This document shows positions 8,293 to 16,271 of a stretch of 36,829 nt of DNA, piece by piece. The stretch's first letter is position 1; every line of letters starts with the position of its first letter. Source of the stretch: a virus (lineage: Duplodnaviria > Caudoviricetes). The DNA lies in IMG/VR virus record IMGVR_UViG_3300048855_000189, positions 1 through 36,829 of that record. One strand, written 5' to 3'. Made by a program: the position numbers and the translations under genes. Below the pieces are notes generated by a model that was given only the letters and a program-made list of their open reading frames with translations, ran no database searches and was not told where the DNA came from.

Positions 8293-8902
8293 TGTCGGCC
8301 TCCGTCGTCAGCGGCGGGTATTCCATGCTGGCCAGCGTCCGGCTGCCGAGCATGCTGGCGGTGTCCTCGATCAGGCTCCACACGATCTCGGGGTGGTGAC
8401 CGTCGAGCGAGTGGCCCTGACCGAGCATCTGCGCCAACACGAGAAGCCGGACGGTCTGCCCGGCTATCGTTTCAGCCGGCGTTCGGAGGATCTGATCCTC
8501 AAGCGCGGTAAAGGCATCGAGTGCGGCGCTGTGCGCCTCGTCGTTCACTGCGCGGTTGGCTGCTTCAATTGCGGCGTCGCGCTCGTCGAGCCATGCGCGA
8601 TGAGGGTCAGCCCCGGCGAGCAGGCGCTGGGCTTCGGCCTCCATCATGCTGTCCCAGCAGTCGGTGTCCCGTCCGCCACCGTGAGCGACAAGGTACTTCC
8701 TGGCGAACGCGAGACCGTCAGGACAGGGCTGCGCCATCAGCGCGGCCTCGGCGCTATGGCGAGCATCGGCGAGCCGGTTGCTTTCATCCCACGCGGCCCG
8801 CGGTACGGGCGGCAGTGCGCTATCGATATGCGCGGCGTCGAAGTCGCGTTCGGCGAGATCCGCGGCGAGGTAGGCCGCGTGGAGAGTGGCCCAGGCGCTC
8901 AT
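8285..8902 (-). CDS. Hypothetical helical-repeat protein
   Basis: Two units ALMAQPCPDGLAFARK and ILRTPAETIAGQTVRL; coupled. Confidence 0.7.
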   Translation of the reverse strand: MSAWATLHAAYLAADLAERDFDAAHIDSALPPVPRAAWDESNRLADARHSAEAALMAQPCPDGLAFARKYLVAHGGGRDTDCWDSMMEAEAQRLLAGADPHRAWLDERDAAIEAANRAVNDEAHSAALDAFTALEDQILRTPAETIAGQTVRLLVLAQMLGQGHSLDGHHPEIVWSLIEDTASMLGSRTLASMEYPPLTTEADNG

Positions 8903-9657
8903 GCCGCCGCTCCAATACCCAGGGCATCAGCGCTCCGGCGGGCCAGGTCGGCATCGCTGTCGATCCGGCCGATCAGATAGTGGGCGTCTCGCGCAAGCCA
9001 GATCACCGCCTCATCGCCAACGCCTTCGGCCATGACGATTTCGACTTTGCGGCGGTACGCCGCCTGATCGGGGGCGAGCGTGCAGATCAGCTTCCTGATC
9101 GCGCGCATGTTGCAGAACCGCTCGGCGAGAGCCTCGGACAGGGCTATAGCCTCTGCCAACAAGCCTGCGGGCTCTTGTCCCAGCTCGCGGAGCCGGAATG
9201 TCTCCTCGTCAGCGATGTCGCCCAAGCGAAGCACAGCGCGCAGATCGCCATGAGAGCGCTCATAGGCGGCAAGGTTCTGCTCCCATTCGATGTGGAGAAG
9301 CTCGTTCATCGCGTGGACGAGGAGGGCGTCCTTCCCATCCAGATCGTCAACTTTGCGGTAGAGGCCGTAGACGCCTGCCTCGACCATCGTGCGGTCGACC
9401 CAGCGGTCGGACATAATCGCAAGGCTTAGCTGGAGCTTTGTCAGCACGCCGGGAATCGTCGTCGCGAAGTTCTGGCCGACAACCGCCTCCAGCTCCTGCT
9501 GGGCAGCGTCCCCATCCTCTATCGCCTTCTCGATCTCCGGCTGAGGCCGGCCTGCGTCCCAGCTGTAGATCCAGGCCCGGTTCGCCCGGATATTTTCGAA
9601 CGCCTCCAAGATTGCGCCGTCGGGGTTCTCAGGATCGAATGTCGCGGGAGCGCTCAT
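8899..9657 (-). CDS. Hypothetical helical-repeat protein
   Basis: Two units NFATTIPGVLTKL and LICTLAPDQAAYRRKV; coupled. Confidence 0.7.
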   Translation of the reverse strand: MSAPATFDPENPDGAILEAFENIRANRAWIYSWDAGRPQPEIEKAIEDGDAAQQELEAVVGQNFATTIPGVLTKLQLSLAIMSDRWVDRTMVEAGVYGLYRKVDDLDGKDALLVHAMNELLHIEWEQNLAAYERSHGDLRAVLRLGDIADEETFRLRELGQEPAGLLAEAIALSEALAERFCNMRAIRKLICTLAPDQAAYRRKVEIVMAEGVGDEAVIWLARDAHYLIGRIDSDADLARRSADALGIGAAA

Positions 9658-10325
9658 GCCACCACCTGCCGAGCGGAGGCTTCCAGCACGATGCAGCCGC
9701 TACCCGCATGCAGCTTGCCAAGCATTCGGACGGCGCGGGCAATATACCGCCGGCCACGCGCGCGCGCCTTGACCCGGTGATATGCGACGCTCGCGGCCGC
9801 ATAATCGGCCTGAAGCTCGTCCGAGCCTTCGAGATAGATTTTGGTGAGACCGCCGCCCTCCACCAGTGCGCCCTTCGGCGTGATGAAGATGCGGCCCTCA
9901 GTCCGAAGGAAATCGCGAACTGCCTGCGTTATCTCGCGATCTTGCCCGGCAGCGGCGCTGGTGAGCTGGCGGCGAAGCACTTGGCGGTGGCCGGCCCAAT
10001 CGAGATGGCCGACCAACGCGTCTATACGGCGGCCGCGCTCGTCCATGTGGCGATCACAGACGCGGCCGATGCCGAGCGCGTCAGGATCGTTGGAGTTGTC
10101 GGGGATCGACACGGACCCGCCGACGGATGCGAGCGCGGCGCACCAGAGGGCGCAGTATCTCTCGGGATTGCCGACGACCTCGTCCAGCCACTCAAGCTGC
10201 TGATCGAGTGGCGGCACGCACTCGAGGGATGGCCCCCATGCATAGTCGCTGAGATTGATCTGGGGGTCTGAAGACGTCGGCGCGGATGGCGCTGCCAACG
10301 AGACGGCTGATGTAGCCACGGGCAT
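9654..10325 (-). CDS. Hypothetical protein, first gene of the leftward early operon
   Basis: AGGAG RBS directly upstream; ATGA coupling to the next gene. Confidence 0.7.
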   Translation of the reverse strand: MPVATSAVSLAAPSAPTSSDPQINLSDYAWGPSLECVPPLDQQLEWLDEVVGNPERYCALWCAALASVGGSVSIPDNSNDPDALGIGRVCDRHMDERGRRIDALVGHLDWAGHRQVLRRQLTSAAAGQDREITQAVRDFLRTEGRIFITPKGALVEGGGLTKIYLEGSDELQADYAAASVAYHRVKARARGRRYIARAVRMLGKLHAGSGCIVLEASARQVVA

Positions 10326-10460
10326 TCTCCTGCCTTCGAGAAAGCAGGATCAGACCGGAGCGTTATGGCCGCTCCACGAGACGTCGCATGGTGCGCCGGC
10401 ATGGTCCTGCATCGTCAGTTTCGGCGAACCTGCGGGCAGGTGGCGTCGGCTGATGAGCAC

Positions 10461-10488
10461 AGGATAGGCGGGCTATTTCCCGCGTCAA
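10461..10488 (-). promoter_or_regulatory. Leftward early promoter (PL-like)
   Basis: Minus strand TTGACG (10488-10483), 16-nt spacer, TATCCT (10466-10461); an operator occupies the spacer. Confidence 0.65.
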
Positions 10489-10513
10489 GCGTTAGATGCG
10501 GGCAATTGCCATC
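10468..10513. promoter_or_regulatory. OL-like operators (2 sites)
   Basis: GCGGGCTATTTCCCGC (10468-10483) and GCGGGCAATTGCCATC (10498-10513). Confidence 0.75.
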
Positions 10514-11240
10514 ATAAGGTGAGAAGCTCTGACCAAGGCAGAACACGGTGCACTGCTGAGATCCGCGATGTCTCAATCTTGAACCGTATCGGCGGGTTGA
10601 ATTGCTCCAGCTCGACGAAGGCGGCAGTACGGCGGACCAGTCGCTTCACCAGCACCGAGCGCACCTCGTGCCCTGCTTCGAAGTCAGGTTCCGCCACTTG
10701 GACGATTACGTCGTCGCCGATGTTTGGCGGGCGACGCGGGCTGACGTAGACCGCCTCGCCTGGCTCAAAGCGCGGACTCATCGACGATCCGACGACGTAG
10801 AGCGCGTAGATCTCACGCTGCCGATCAAGAGCAGGAAGCCGGCGCATGTAGCCAACGACTTCGCCGGGCTCGACGATTGTCTGCTCGATTGAGAGGGGCT
10901 GTTGGGTGTCGGTGTCGATCACTAGGTCCGCTCCGAGAGCGGTGCCAAGGATCGGCACATCGGCCGGCAGGTCTGTAGACGGGGGGATTAAGTCCTTGGG
11001 CGCCAGTACCGCCTCATCCTCGTTGAGAAGCTCAGACGCGCTAAGACCAACGACACCAGCCAACTTTGCAATGGTGTCCGCACTCGGCATTCTGCCGCGG
11101 CGCATGTCCCGTATAAGGTCAGGACGACCCGTAGCTTCGATCGAGACTTGCCGATCCGAAGAGATGTTTTTCGTCCTTGCAGCGGAGTCCATTGCGCGTT
11201 GCGCAATCAGTCGCGCTTTTTCGTCTTTGGTAATCTGCAT
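10512..11240 (-). CDS. cI: CI-like repressor, HTH + S24 peptidase
   Basis: N-terminal HTH (SDRQVSIEATGRPDLIRDMRRGRMPSADTIAKLA); S24 Ser motif VVGSSMSPRF and Lys motif LVKRL; start taken at MQITK because the upstream region carries operators. Confidence 0.92.
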   Translation of the reverse strand: MQITKDEKARLIAQRAMDSAARTKNISSDRQVSIEATGRPDLIRDMRRGRMPSADTIAKLAGVVGLSASELLNEDEAVLAPKDLIPPSTDLPADVPILGTALGADLVIDTDTQQPLSIEQTIVEPGEVVGYMRRLPALDRQREIYALYVVGSSMSPRFEPGEAVYVSPRRPPNIGDDVIVQVAEPDFEAGHEVRSVLVKRLVRRTAAFVELEQFNPPIRFKIETSRISAVHRVLPWSELLTL

Positions 11241-11258
11241 GCGGCCCTCGATGTCGAT

Positions 11259-11331
11259 GCGGGAATTATCCCGCGAATGATCGAGCTTGTCATCAGGGCA
11301 ATTGCCCGCATATATTAAGGACATGTCCCGC
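11259..11331. promoter_or_regulatory. OR-like operators (3 sites)
   Basis: GCGGGAATTATCCCGC (11259-11274), CAGGGCAATTGCCCGC (11294-11309), TAAGGACATGTCCCGC (11316-11331) between divergent cI and cro. Confidence 0.8.
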
Positions 11332-11360
11332 ACAGAGACGCCCCAGTCTGGAGAGCCGCG

Positions 11361-11612
11361 TTGAACCTCATGGCGCACCTGCGCGACCTCGCATCTGAAT
11401 GGGCGACGGCGAACGGGCGAAGCCTGGCGCGGTTAGCAACACTCGTCGCCAACGATGGCAAGCTGTTCGATCGGCTGGCGACCGGCGCTGGCTGCACGAT
11501 CGCAACTTACGAACGATTCATGCGGTTCTTTGCCGACCCGGCCAATTGGCCCGGAGATGCTCATTCTCCCGCTGTCGAGCAGAAGCTGCGAGCAGCCGGC
11601 GCCATCGAATGA
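11361..11612 (+). CDS. Cro-like HTH regulator
   Basis: Divergent from cI; GRSLARLATLVANDGKLFDRL...TIATYERFMRFF; TTG start after GGAG, or ATG 11370. Confidence 0.8.
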   Translation: MNLMAHLRDLASEWATANGRSLARLATLVANDGKLFDRLATGAGCTIATYERFMRFFADPANWPGDAHSPAVEQKLRAAGAIE

Positions 11613-12376
11613 GCCGCATCCGATCAATCCACCCCGGCCTTTGGACTGACGAACGCTTCGCTTCGCTGACGCCCCTTGCCCGCCTGCTCTTCATCGGCAT
11701 CTGGACCGAATGCGACGACCAAGGCTCGTTCGAGTGGTCACCGCTGAAATTGAAGATGCGGCTGCTGCCCGCCGACGTTGCCGATGTCGCCGCGCTCCTG
11801 ACCGAGATCGAGGCCGCCGGGTGCGTGATCAGTTACGAACTGGAGGGCCGTAAGCTCGGCGCGGTTCGGAACTTCTGCCGGTATCAACGGCCCAAAAAAC
11901 CGAACTCGACCTACCTTCAGACAGACGAAGTTCGAAACTACGTCGCCCTTCACGCCCGCATAACGCGCGACGGTTCGGAACCGGTGGGGAACCAGTCCGG
12001 AACCGATGGGGGAAATCCCCGCCTGATGAAGGAGGAAGGAGGAAGGAGGGAGAGAAGACCCTCAGTATCTAGTAGAGAGGTGGTAAGCGCCGCGACGCGC
12101 GGCACTCGCCTCCCATCTGATTTTTCCATGCCGCCCGAATGGATCCAGTGGGCGCTCGACGATCAGGGGCTTAGCCGGACCGACGCCATCCGCGAAGGCG
12201 AGAGTTTCGTCGACTTCTGGCACGGCAAACCCGGCAAGGACGGCGTGAAGGTCGACTGGCTCGCAACGTGGCGCAACTGGTGCCGGCGATCTGACCGACC
12301 CCGCAGCAACGGCAAGGGCAAAGATCCCGACGACCCGCGCATGCTCGGCGGCGGGCGCCTCAATTCGCCATGCTGA
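11609..12376 (+). CDS. Phage replication initiator (replisome-organiser-like N-terminus, DnaT-like C-terminus)
   Basis: MSRIRSIHPGLWTDERF...ARLLFIGIWTECDDQG; C-terminal RGTRLPSDF...FVDFW...DWLATWRNW; ATGA overlap with cro. Confidence 0.85.
   Translation: MSRIRSIHPGLWTDERFASLTPLARLLFIGIWTECDDQGSFEWSPLKLKMRLLPADVADVAALLTEIEAAGCVISYELEGRKLGAVRNFCRYQRPKKPNSTYLQTDEVRNYVALHARITRDGSEPVGNQSGTDGGNPRLMKEEGGRRERRPSVSSREVVSAATRGTRLPSDFSMPPEWIQWALDDQGLSRTDAIREGESFVDFWHGKPGKDGVKVDWLATWRNWCRRSDRPRSNGKGKDPDDPRMLGGGRLNSPC
11971..12057. repeat. Putative replication origin: iterons plus purine tract
   Basis: GGAACC at 11977, 11988 and 11999 (11-bp period), GGAAAT at 12011, then GAAGGAGGAAGGAGGAAGGAGGGAGAGAAG, all inside the initiator's linker as in lambdoid ori. 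Confidence 0.6.
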
Positions 12377-12918
12377 CTGCCTCGCAGATCCTTTCTGATG
12401 CCGGGATCACTCTCCGCAACCTCGGGCACGGCAACCACAAGACGACCTGCCCGCAATGCTCGGCAGCCCGGAAGAACAAGAGGGATCCATGCCTCTCCGT
12501 GAAGATCGACGCGGACGGTGTCCGCTGGAATTGCTGGAACTGCCCATGGAAAGGAGGACGAAGCTTTGACCCTACATCCGAGGCACATGGAATGGCTCGA
12601 GGCGCGTCTGCTGAGCGTCGAAGAAATCGATCGCCTGGGCATCACCTCGACCAGCGCAGGCGACAAATTCTGGCTGACGCTGCCCTACGTCGAGCACGGC
12701 AAGGTGGTGAACCACAAATACCGGCTGACGGGCGCCAAGCGGCACCGGATGGACCCGGGCGCGCCCCTCTGCCTGTGGAACCACGACGTGCTGCTATCGG
12801 AGGCGGTGAGCAGCGGTCAGGCGCCGGTGATAATCACGGAGGGGGAGTGGGACGCGATTGCCGCGATCCAATCCGGGTTCGAGCACACCGTGTCAGTACC
12901 CAATGGCGGCCCGAATGA
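12370..12918 (+). CDS. Primase zinc-binding domain (first ~65 aa); the remainder overlaps the helicase gene out of frame
   Basis: KTTCPQCS..RKNKRDPCLSVKID..GVRWNCWNCPWKGG is a gp4/Twinkle-type Cys4 ZBD. Confidence 0.7.
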   Translation: MLTASQILSDAGITLRNLGHGNHKTTCPQCSAARKNKRDPCLSVKIDADGVRWNCWNCPWKGGRSFDPTSEAHGMARGASAERRRNRSPGHHLDQRRRQILADAALRRARQGGEPQIPADGRQAAPDGPGRAPLPVEPRRAAIGGGEQRSGAGDNHGGGVGRDCRDPIRVRAHRVSTQWRPE

Positions 12919-14056
12919 GCCCTATCGCGGCGACATCGACGAGGACAACGACGCGGAGCGGTATCGCTTCCTGTGGCGCGCCAAGGCGCTGCTGGAACCC
13001 GTCGCCCGATTCATCCTGGCAGTCGACAGCGACGATGTAGGGCGGCTGCTCGCGGCTGAGCTAGCGCGCCGACTGGGGCCGGAGCGGTGCTGGTTCGTCG
13101 TGTACCCGGAAGGCTGCAAGGATCTGAACGAGGTTCTGGTGGCGCACGGGTCCGGCGCAGTGGCGCGCGTACTGAACGCCGCGAAGCCTTACCCCGTGAA
13201 GGGCCTGTACCGGCTCAGCGACTTTCCCGATCCGCCCCCCATGGAGGCTGCCGACCTCGGCATACCGGGCATGGATGATCCACCGCAGCTCGTTTTCGGC
13301 ACGCTAAGCGTGTGGACCGGCTATGCAGGCGCCGGGAAGACCTCGCTCATGATGTTCATCATCGCCCATCTGCTCCGAAGAGGGATCAGCATCGCGATGG
13401 GCAGCTTCGAGACGCAGGTGAAGCCAATCCTACAAACGAAGCTCCGAGCGGCGCTTCTGCGGTGTTCGGACAAGGACACCACCAACCCCGCCTATGTGAC
13501 CCCGGAGCGGCTCGCCGAGGCCGATCGCTTGCTGGAAGACCGTTTCCAGCTGATCGCCCAGGATCTGGCCGACGAAGAGCACGAGCTGACGCTTGAGGAG
13601 CTGCTGGAAAACTGCCGGGTAGCCGTCCTACGCGATGCGACGCGCCTGTTCATCATCGACCCCTGGAACGAGCTTGAGCACAAGCGCCGGGAGAACGAGA
13701 CCGAGACCGACTACATTGGTCGAGCGATTCGGGCCTTGAAGTCGTTCGCCAGGTTGTACGGCGTTGCCGTCTGGATTGTCGCTCATCCGAAGAAGCCGAT
13801 GAGTTGGGGGCAAAAGCCGGCGGCGCCGGGCCTCTACGACATCAGTGGATCGTCGCACTGGGCGAACAAGGCGGACTACGGCTTCGTCATCGACCGCCCG
13901 AACAAGGAGCGGCCGATCACCCACCTGTACGTGGTCAAGGTCCGCATGGGCCTCCCCGGTCGCGAGCAGCACGTGAAGCTGGAGTGGCACTGGCAGAACA
14001 GCAACTACCTGCCGCCAGCGGGTGCATTTCATGACAGCGAGGCAGAAGATGGATGA
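12566..14056 (+). CDS. TOPRIM primase + DnaB-like (T7 gp4/Twinkle-type) helicase
   Basis: IITEGEWDAIA, SVPNGG, AVDSDDVG, CKDLNE; Walker A TGYAGAGKT, FIIDPWNE, VAHP, YDISGSSHW; TTG start 8 nt after AGGAGG (12552-12557). Confidence 0.92.
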   Translation: MTLHPRHMEWLEARLLSVEEIDRLGITSTSAGDKFWLTLPYVEHGKVVNHKYRLTGAKRHRMDPGAPLCLWNHDVLLSEAVSSGQAPVIITEGEWDAIAAIQSGFEHTVSVPNGGPNEPYRGDIDEDNDAERYRFLWRAKALLEPVARFILAVDSDDVGRLLAAELARRLGPERCWFVVYPEGCKDLNEVLVAHGSGAVARVLNAAKPYPVKGLYRLSDFPDPPPMEAADLGIPGMDDPPQLVFGTLSVWTGYAGAGKTSLMMFIIAHLLRRGISIAMGSFETQVKPILQTKLRAALLRCSDKDTTNPAYVTPERLAEADRLLEDRFQLIAQDLADEEHELTLEELLENCRVAVLRDATRLFIIDPWNELEHKRRENETETDYIGRAIRALKSFARLYGVAVWIVAHPKKPMSWGQKPAAPGLYDISGSSHWANKADYGFVIDRPNKERPITHLYVVKVRMGLPGREQHVKLEWHWQNSNYLPPAGAFHDSEAEDG

Positions 14057-14276
14057 GATGATCTGCGGCATTTGCCGGTTCTGGAAGGCTGTCGACCACC
14101 GCGGCGATGACGGTGAGTGCCGCAAGCTGCCGCCCCGGATCGTAGACCAAGCTTTGGCTCATGACCTGGCCGACGAACCCGGCCTAGACCACGGAAGCAT
14201 CTCGATAGCGACCCGCTTCCCCATCACCGACGTAGGAGACTGGTGTGGTGCTTTCGAGGCTCGACCGGCCCGATGA
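14049..14276 (+). CDS. 4-Cys HiPIP-like small protein, copy 3
   Basis: CGICRFW...GECRKLPP...FPITDVGDWCGAF. Confidence 0.8.
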   Translation: MDEMICGICRFWKAVDHRGDDGECRKLPPRIVDQALAHDLADEPGLDHGSISIATRFPITDVGDWCGAFEARPAR

Positions 14277-14473
14277 CAGCACCACGATCCTGCCTTGCCG
14301 GCGCAGCCGCCGGCATGCGCGACCCGAACCCGGCGAATGCCCGGGCCGAGGCGAAGAAGGCGTGGCACCGCGACGGCCTGATCCTGATCAACCCTGAGTG
14401 GCTGAACAGCTGGGCCGACAAGCGCCAGGCCGAGATGCTGGCGGAGAAGCTGCATGGAAGGCGGGGGCGATGA
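14273..14473 (+). CDS. Hypothetical protein
   Basis: ATGA overlaps on both sides; AWHRDGLILINPEWL. Confidence 0.65.
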   Translation: MTAPRSCLAGAAAGMRDPNPANARAEAKKAWHRDGLILINPEWLNSWADKRQAEMLAEKLHGRRGR

Positions 14474-14691
14474 GCTGGCGCCCCTCCAACGAGCGCGTTC
14501 TGATGCCGCGCATCGATACCCAGATCCGGATCCAGTGCCGTTCCTGCCTGGGCGACGGATGGTGCGATCCGCTGACGATGACGCGGCGCATGCAGCTGCG
14601 GTGCGTCACGTGCCGCGGAACGGGCGTGCAGACGATCATGATGATCGAACGGCGGGGCACCGACGAGCCTGCGGGGCAGCCGAAGAAATGA
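14470..14691 (+). CDS. Small DnaJ-type zinc-finger protein
   Basis: CRSCLGDG and CVTCRGTG (two CxxCxGxG). Confidence 0.65.
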   Translation: MSWRPSNERVLMPRIDTQIRIQCRSCLGDGWCDPLTMTRRMQLRCVTCRGTGVQTIMMIERRGTDEPAGQPKK

Positions 14692-14721
14692 ACCAGTTCA
14701 GCGTAGGGTGGGAGTAGCGGC

Positions 14722-15678
14722 ATGGCGCGCAAGGGACGGAGTACCCGGCGGATCAGCAGGGCGACGGCGCAGGCGGCGCAGGCACCCGCACCGCCCAAGA
14801 AGGACGACGACAAGCTGGTCGGGCCGACGCCCGAGCAGGAGCAGCGCGGCAAGTTCGAGAAGAAGGCGCACACCAGCGAGATGGGGCAGCGCGTCGGTTT
14901 CGGATACCGGCGCCTGCCGCTGTTCGAAACCATGGCGACCGACCAGCGCCACGACATCTCGCGAGACGAACTGTCCGCATTGCGGTTCTACCGGACCGCG
15001 CACGACCGCAGCGACAGGTCGGCGACCCGCTCCTGCCTGGCGGTCGGCGCGGGTGGTGGCCAGCGCGGGAGCAGCGAAGCCACGGTGATGTCCGACGTGC
15101 CGTCGATCGTGGCGGCTCGCCAAAAGGTCCGCCTTTGCGAGCAGGCGCTGGGCAGCACCCTTGCGACGATCCGGGCGGTGGTTCTGGACGATCGATCGTT
15201 CAGCGACATCGCCATGGAGCGGTACGGCACCCGGAAGCGGGAGGGCACCATTCGGCAGGTGCCCACGATGTACCGGGGGAAGCCGCTGGTGATCGACGGC
15301 AAGCCGATCACGCGGACGGTCTACAGCGAGAAGATCCAACCCCGAAGCGGGCGCCACCGCGAGATCGTCCGGCGGGAGTTCCTGCTGGGCCTGAAGCTGC
15401 TCGCCGATCGCGTCCGGTCGCTGGTGTCAACGGCGGGCGATGAGGAGGTATGGATCCAGCCGGGAAGCGCCGGGGCGCGCATAGAGCGCGGCGCATGCGC
15501 GCCGAACGGCCTGTACCGCATGTGGGGCAAGAGCGGCGCGGTGGATGCCGTGATGCGGGATCTGCGGACCGAGCATGGTGACGAGTTGGCGTTCGCCACC
15601 CCCGAAGCAGCCAAGGCCGCGCTTGAGGCCGCCGGCACGAACCTGTCCCGCCTGGGTGAGGAGGAATTGAAGGTATGA
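14722..15678 (+). CDS. Probable late transcription regulator (Q position; DUF6456-like)
   Basis: Located at the end of the replication operon; AARQKV..CEQALG..LATIRAVVLDDRSFSDIA HTH-like block; GGGAG RBS. Confidence 0.6.
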   Translation: MARKGRSTRRISRATAQAAQAPAPPKKDDDKLVGPTPEQEQRGKFEKKAHTSEMGQRVGFGYRRLPLFETMATDQRHDISRDELSALRFYRTAHDRSDRSATRSCLAVGAGGGQRGSSEATVMSDVPSIVAARQKVRLCEQALGSTLATIRAVVLDDRSFSDIAMERYGTRKREGTIRQVPTMYRGKPLVIDGKPITRTVYSEKIQPRSGRHREIVRREFLLGLKLLADRVRSLVSTAGDEEVWIQPGSAGARIERGACAPNGLYRMWGKSGAVDAVMRDLRTEHGDELAFATPEAAKAALEAAGTNLSRLGEEELKV

Positions 15679-16229
15679 GCGAGCCGGAGCTTCTGCGGCT
15701 GGCGGAGAACCCGACCATCGCCACCATCGAACGGATGATGGACATTCGCGGCATCGAGTGGCGGGCCGATTTCGAGGCCACGTGCGACGCCGCGTCCATC
15801 GCCCTGTTCGGGATCACGCGCGCCGACACGATCCGGCCGGAGCCGCACCCGGACCAGTTCGGCGGGAACCGCGGGCTGGCGCGGTATCACTTCGGCGGCA
15901 AGGATCTGGCCGACTATTCCGCCGTGATGGAGGCTTGGTTCCAGTGGGAGGCGGACACCGCCGTGCCCACGAGGGCCAAGGATGACGAGCTGGACGTGTT
16001 CGAGTTCTGGGAGGTGCTCGGCATCGACGTCATGTCCGATGATAGCCCGGTGCTGCGCTGCCTCCACTGCTTCGAGCGCCAGATGTTCATCGCCCTCAAG
16101 GGCCTCATGCCCGAAGCTAAGCTGACGTGGGACGGATCGGGATCGCGGGCGGCGCAGGACGCGGAGAGCTGGGGCGCGTCGCTCGCCGCCGAGGCGGCGA
16201 ACTTCAGGTCGCGGCGGAACGTCCGCTAA
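15675..16229 (+). CDS. Hypothetical protein
   Basis: ATGA-coupled, acidic, 184 aa; its stop codon lies inside the left palindromic site. Confidence 0.7.
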   Translation: MSEPELLRLAENPTIATIERMMDIRGIEWRADFEATCDAASIALFGITRADTIRPEPHPDQFGGNRGLARYHFGGKDLADYSAVMEAWFQWEADTAVPTRAKDDELDVFEFWEVLGIDVMSDDSPVLRCLHCFERQMFIALKGLMPEAKLTWDGSGSRAAQDAESWGASLAAEAANFRSRRNVR

Positions 16230-16247
16230 CGCCCAGTTGCGGACATT
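16218..16247. repeat. 30-bp imperfect palindrome, left flank of the Imm53 gene
   Basis: AACGTCCGCTAACGCCCAGTTGCGGACATT; 22/30 identical to 16593-16622 (manual count). Confidence 0.75.
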
Positions 16248-16271
16248 AGCCGGTTCGCCGATAACTGCGTT

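Noticed and set aside
11241-11378. N-terminal extension of cI in the ORF track
   Set aside because: Runs through the operators and into cro; MQITK at 11240 is the more plausible start.
12552-12570. AGGAGG...CTTTGAC resembling the prfB +1 frameshift site
   Set aside because: The ZBD frame reads AGC TTT GAC, not CTT TGA, and the SD spacing fits initiation at TTG rather than RF2-type shifting.
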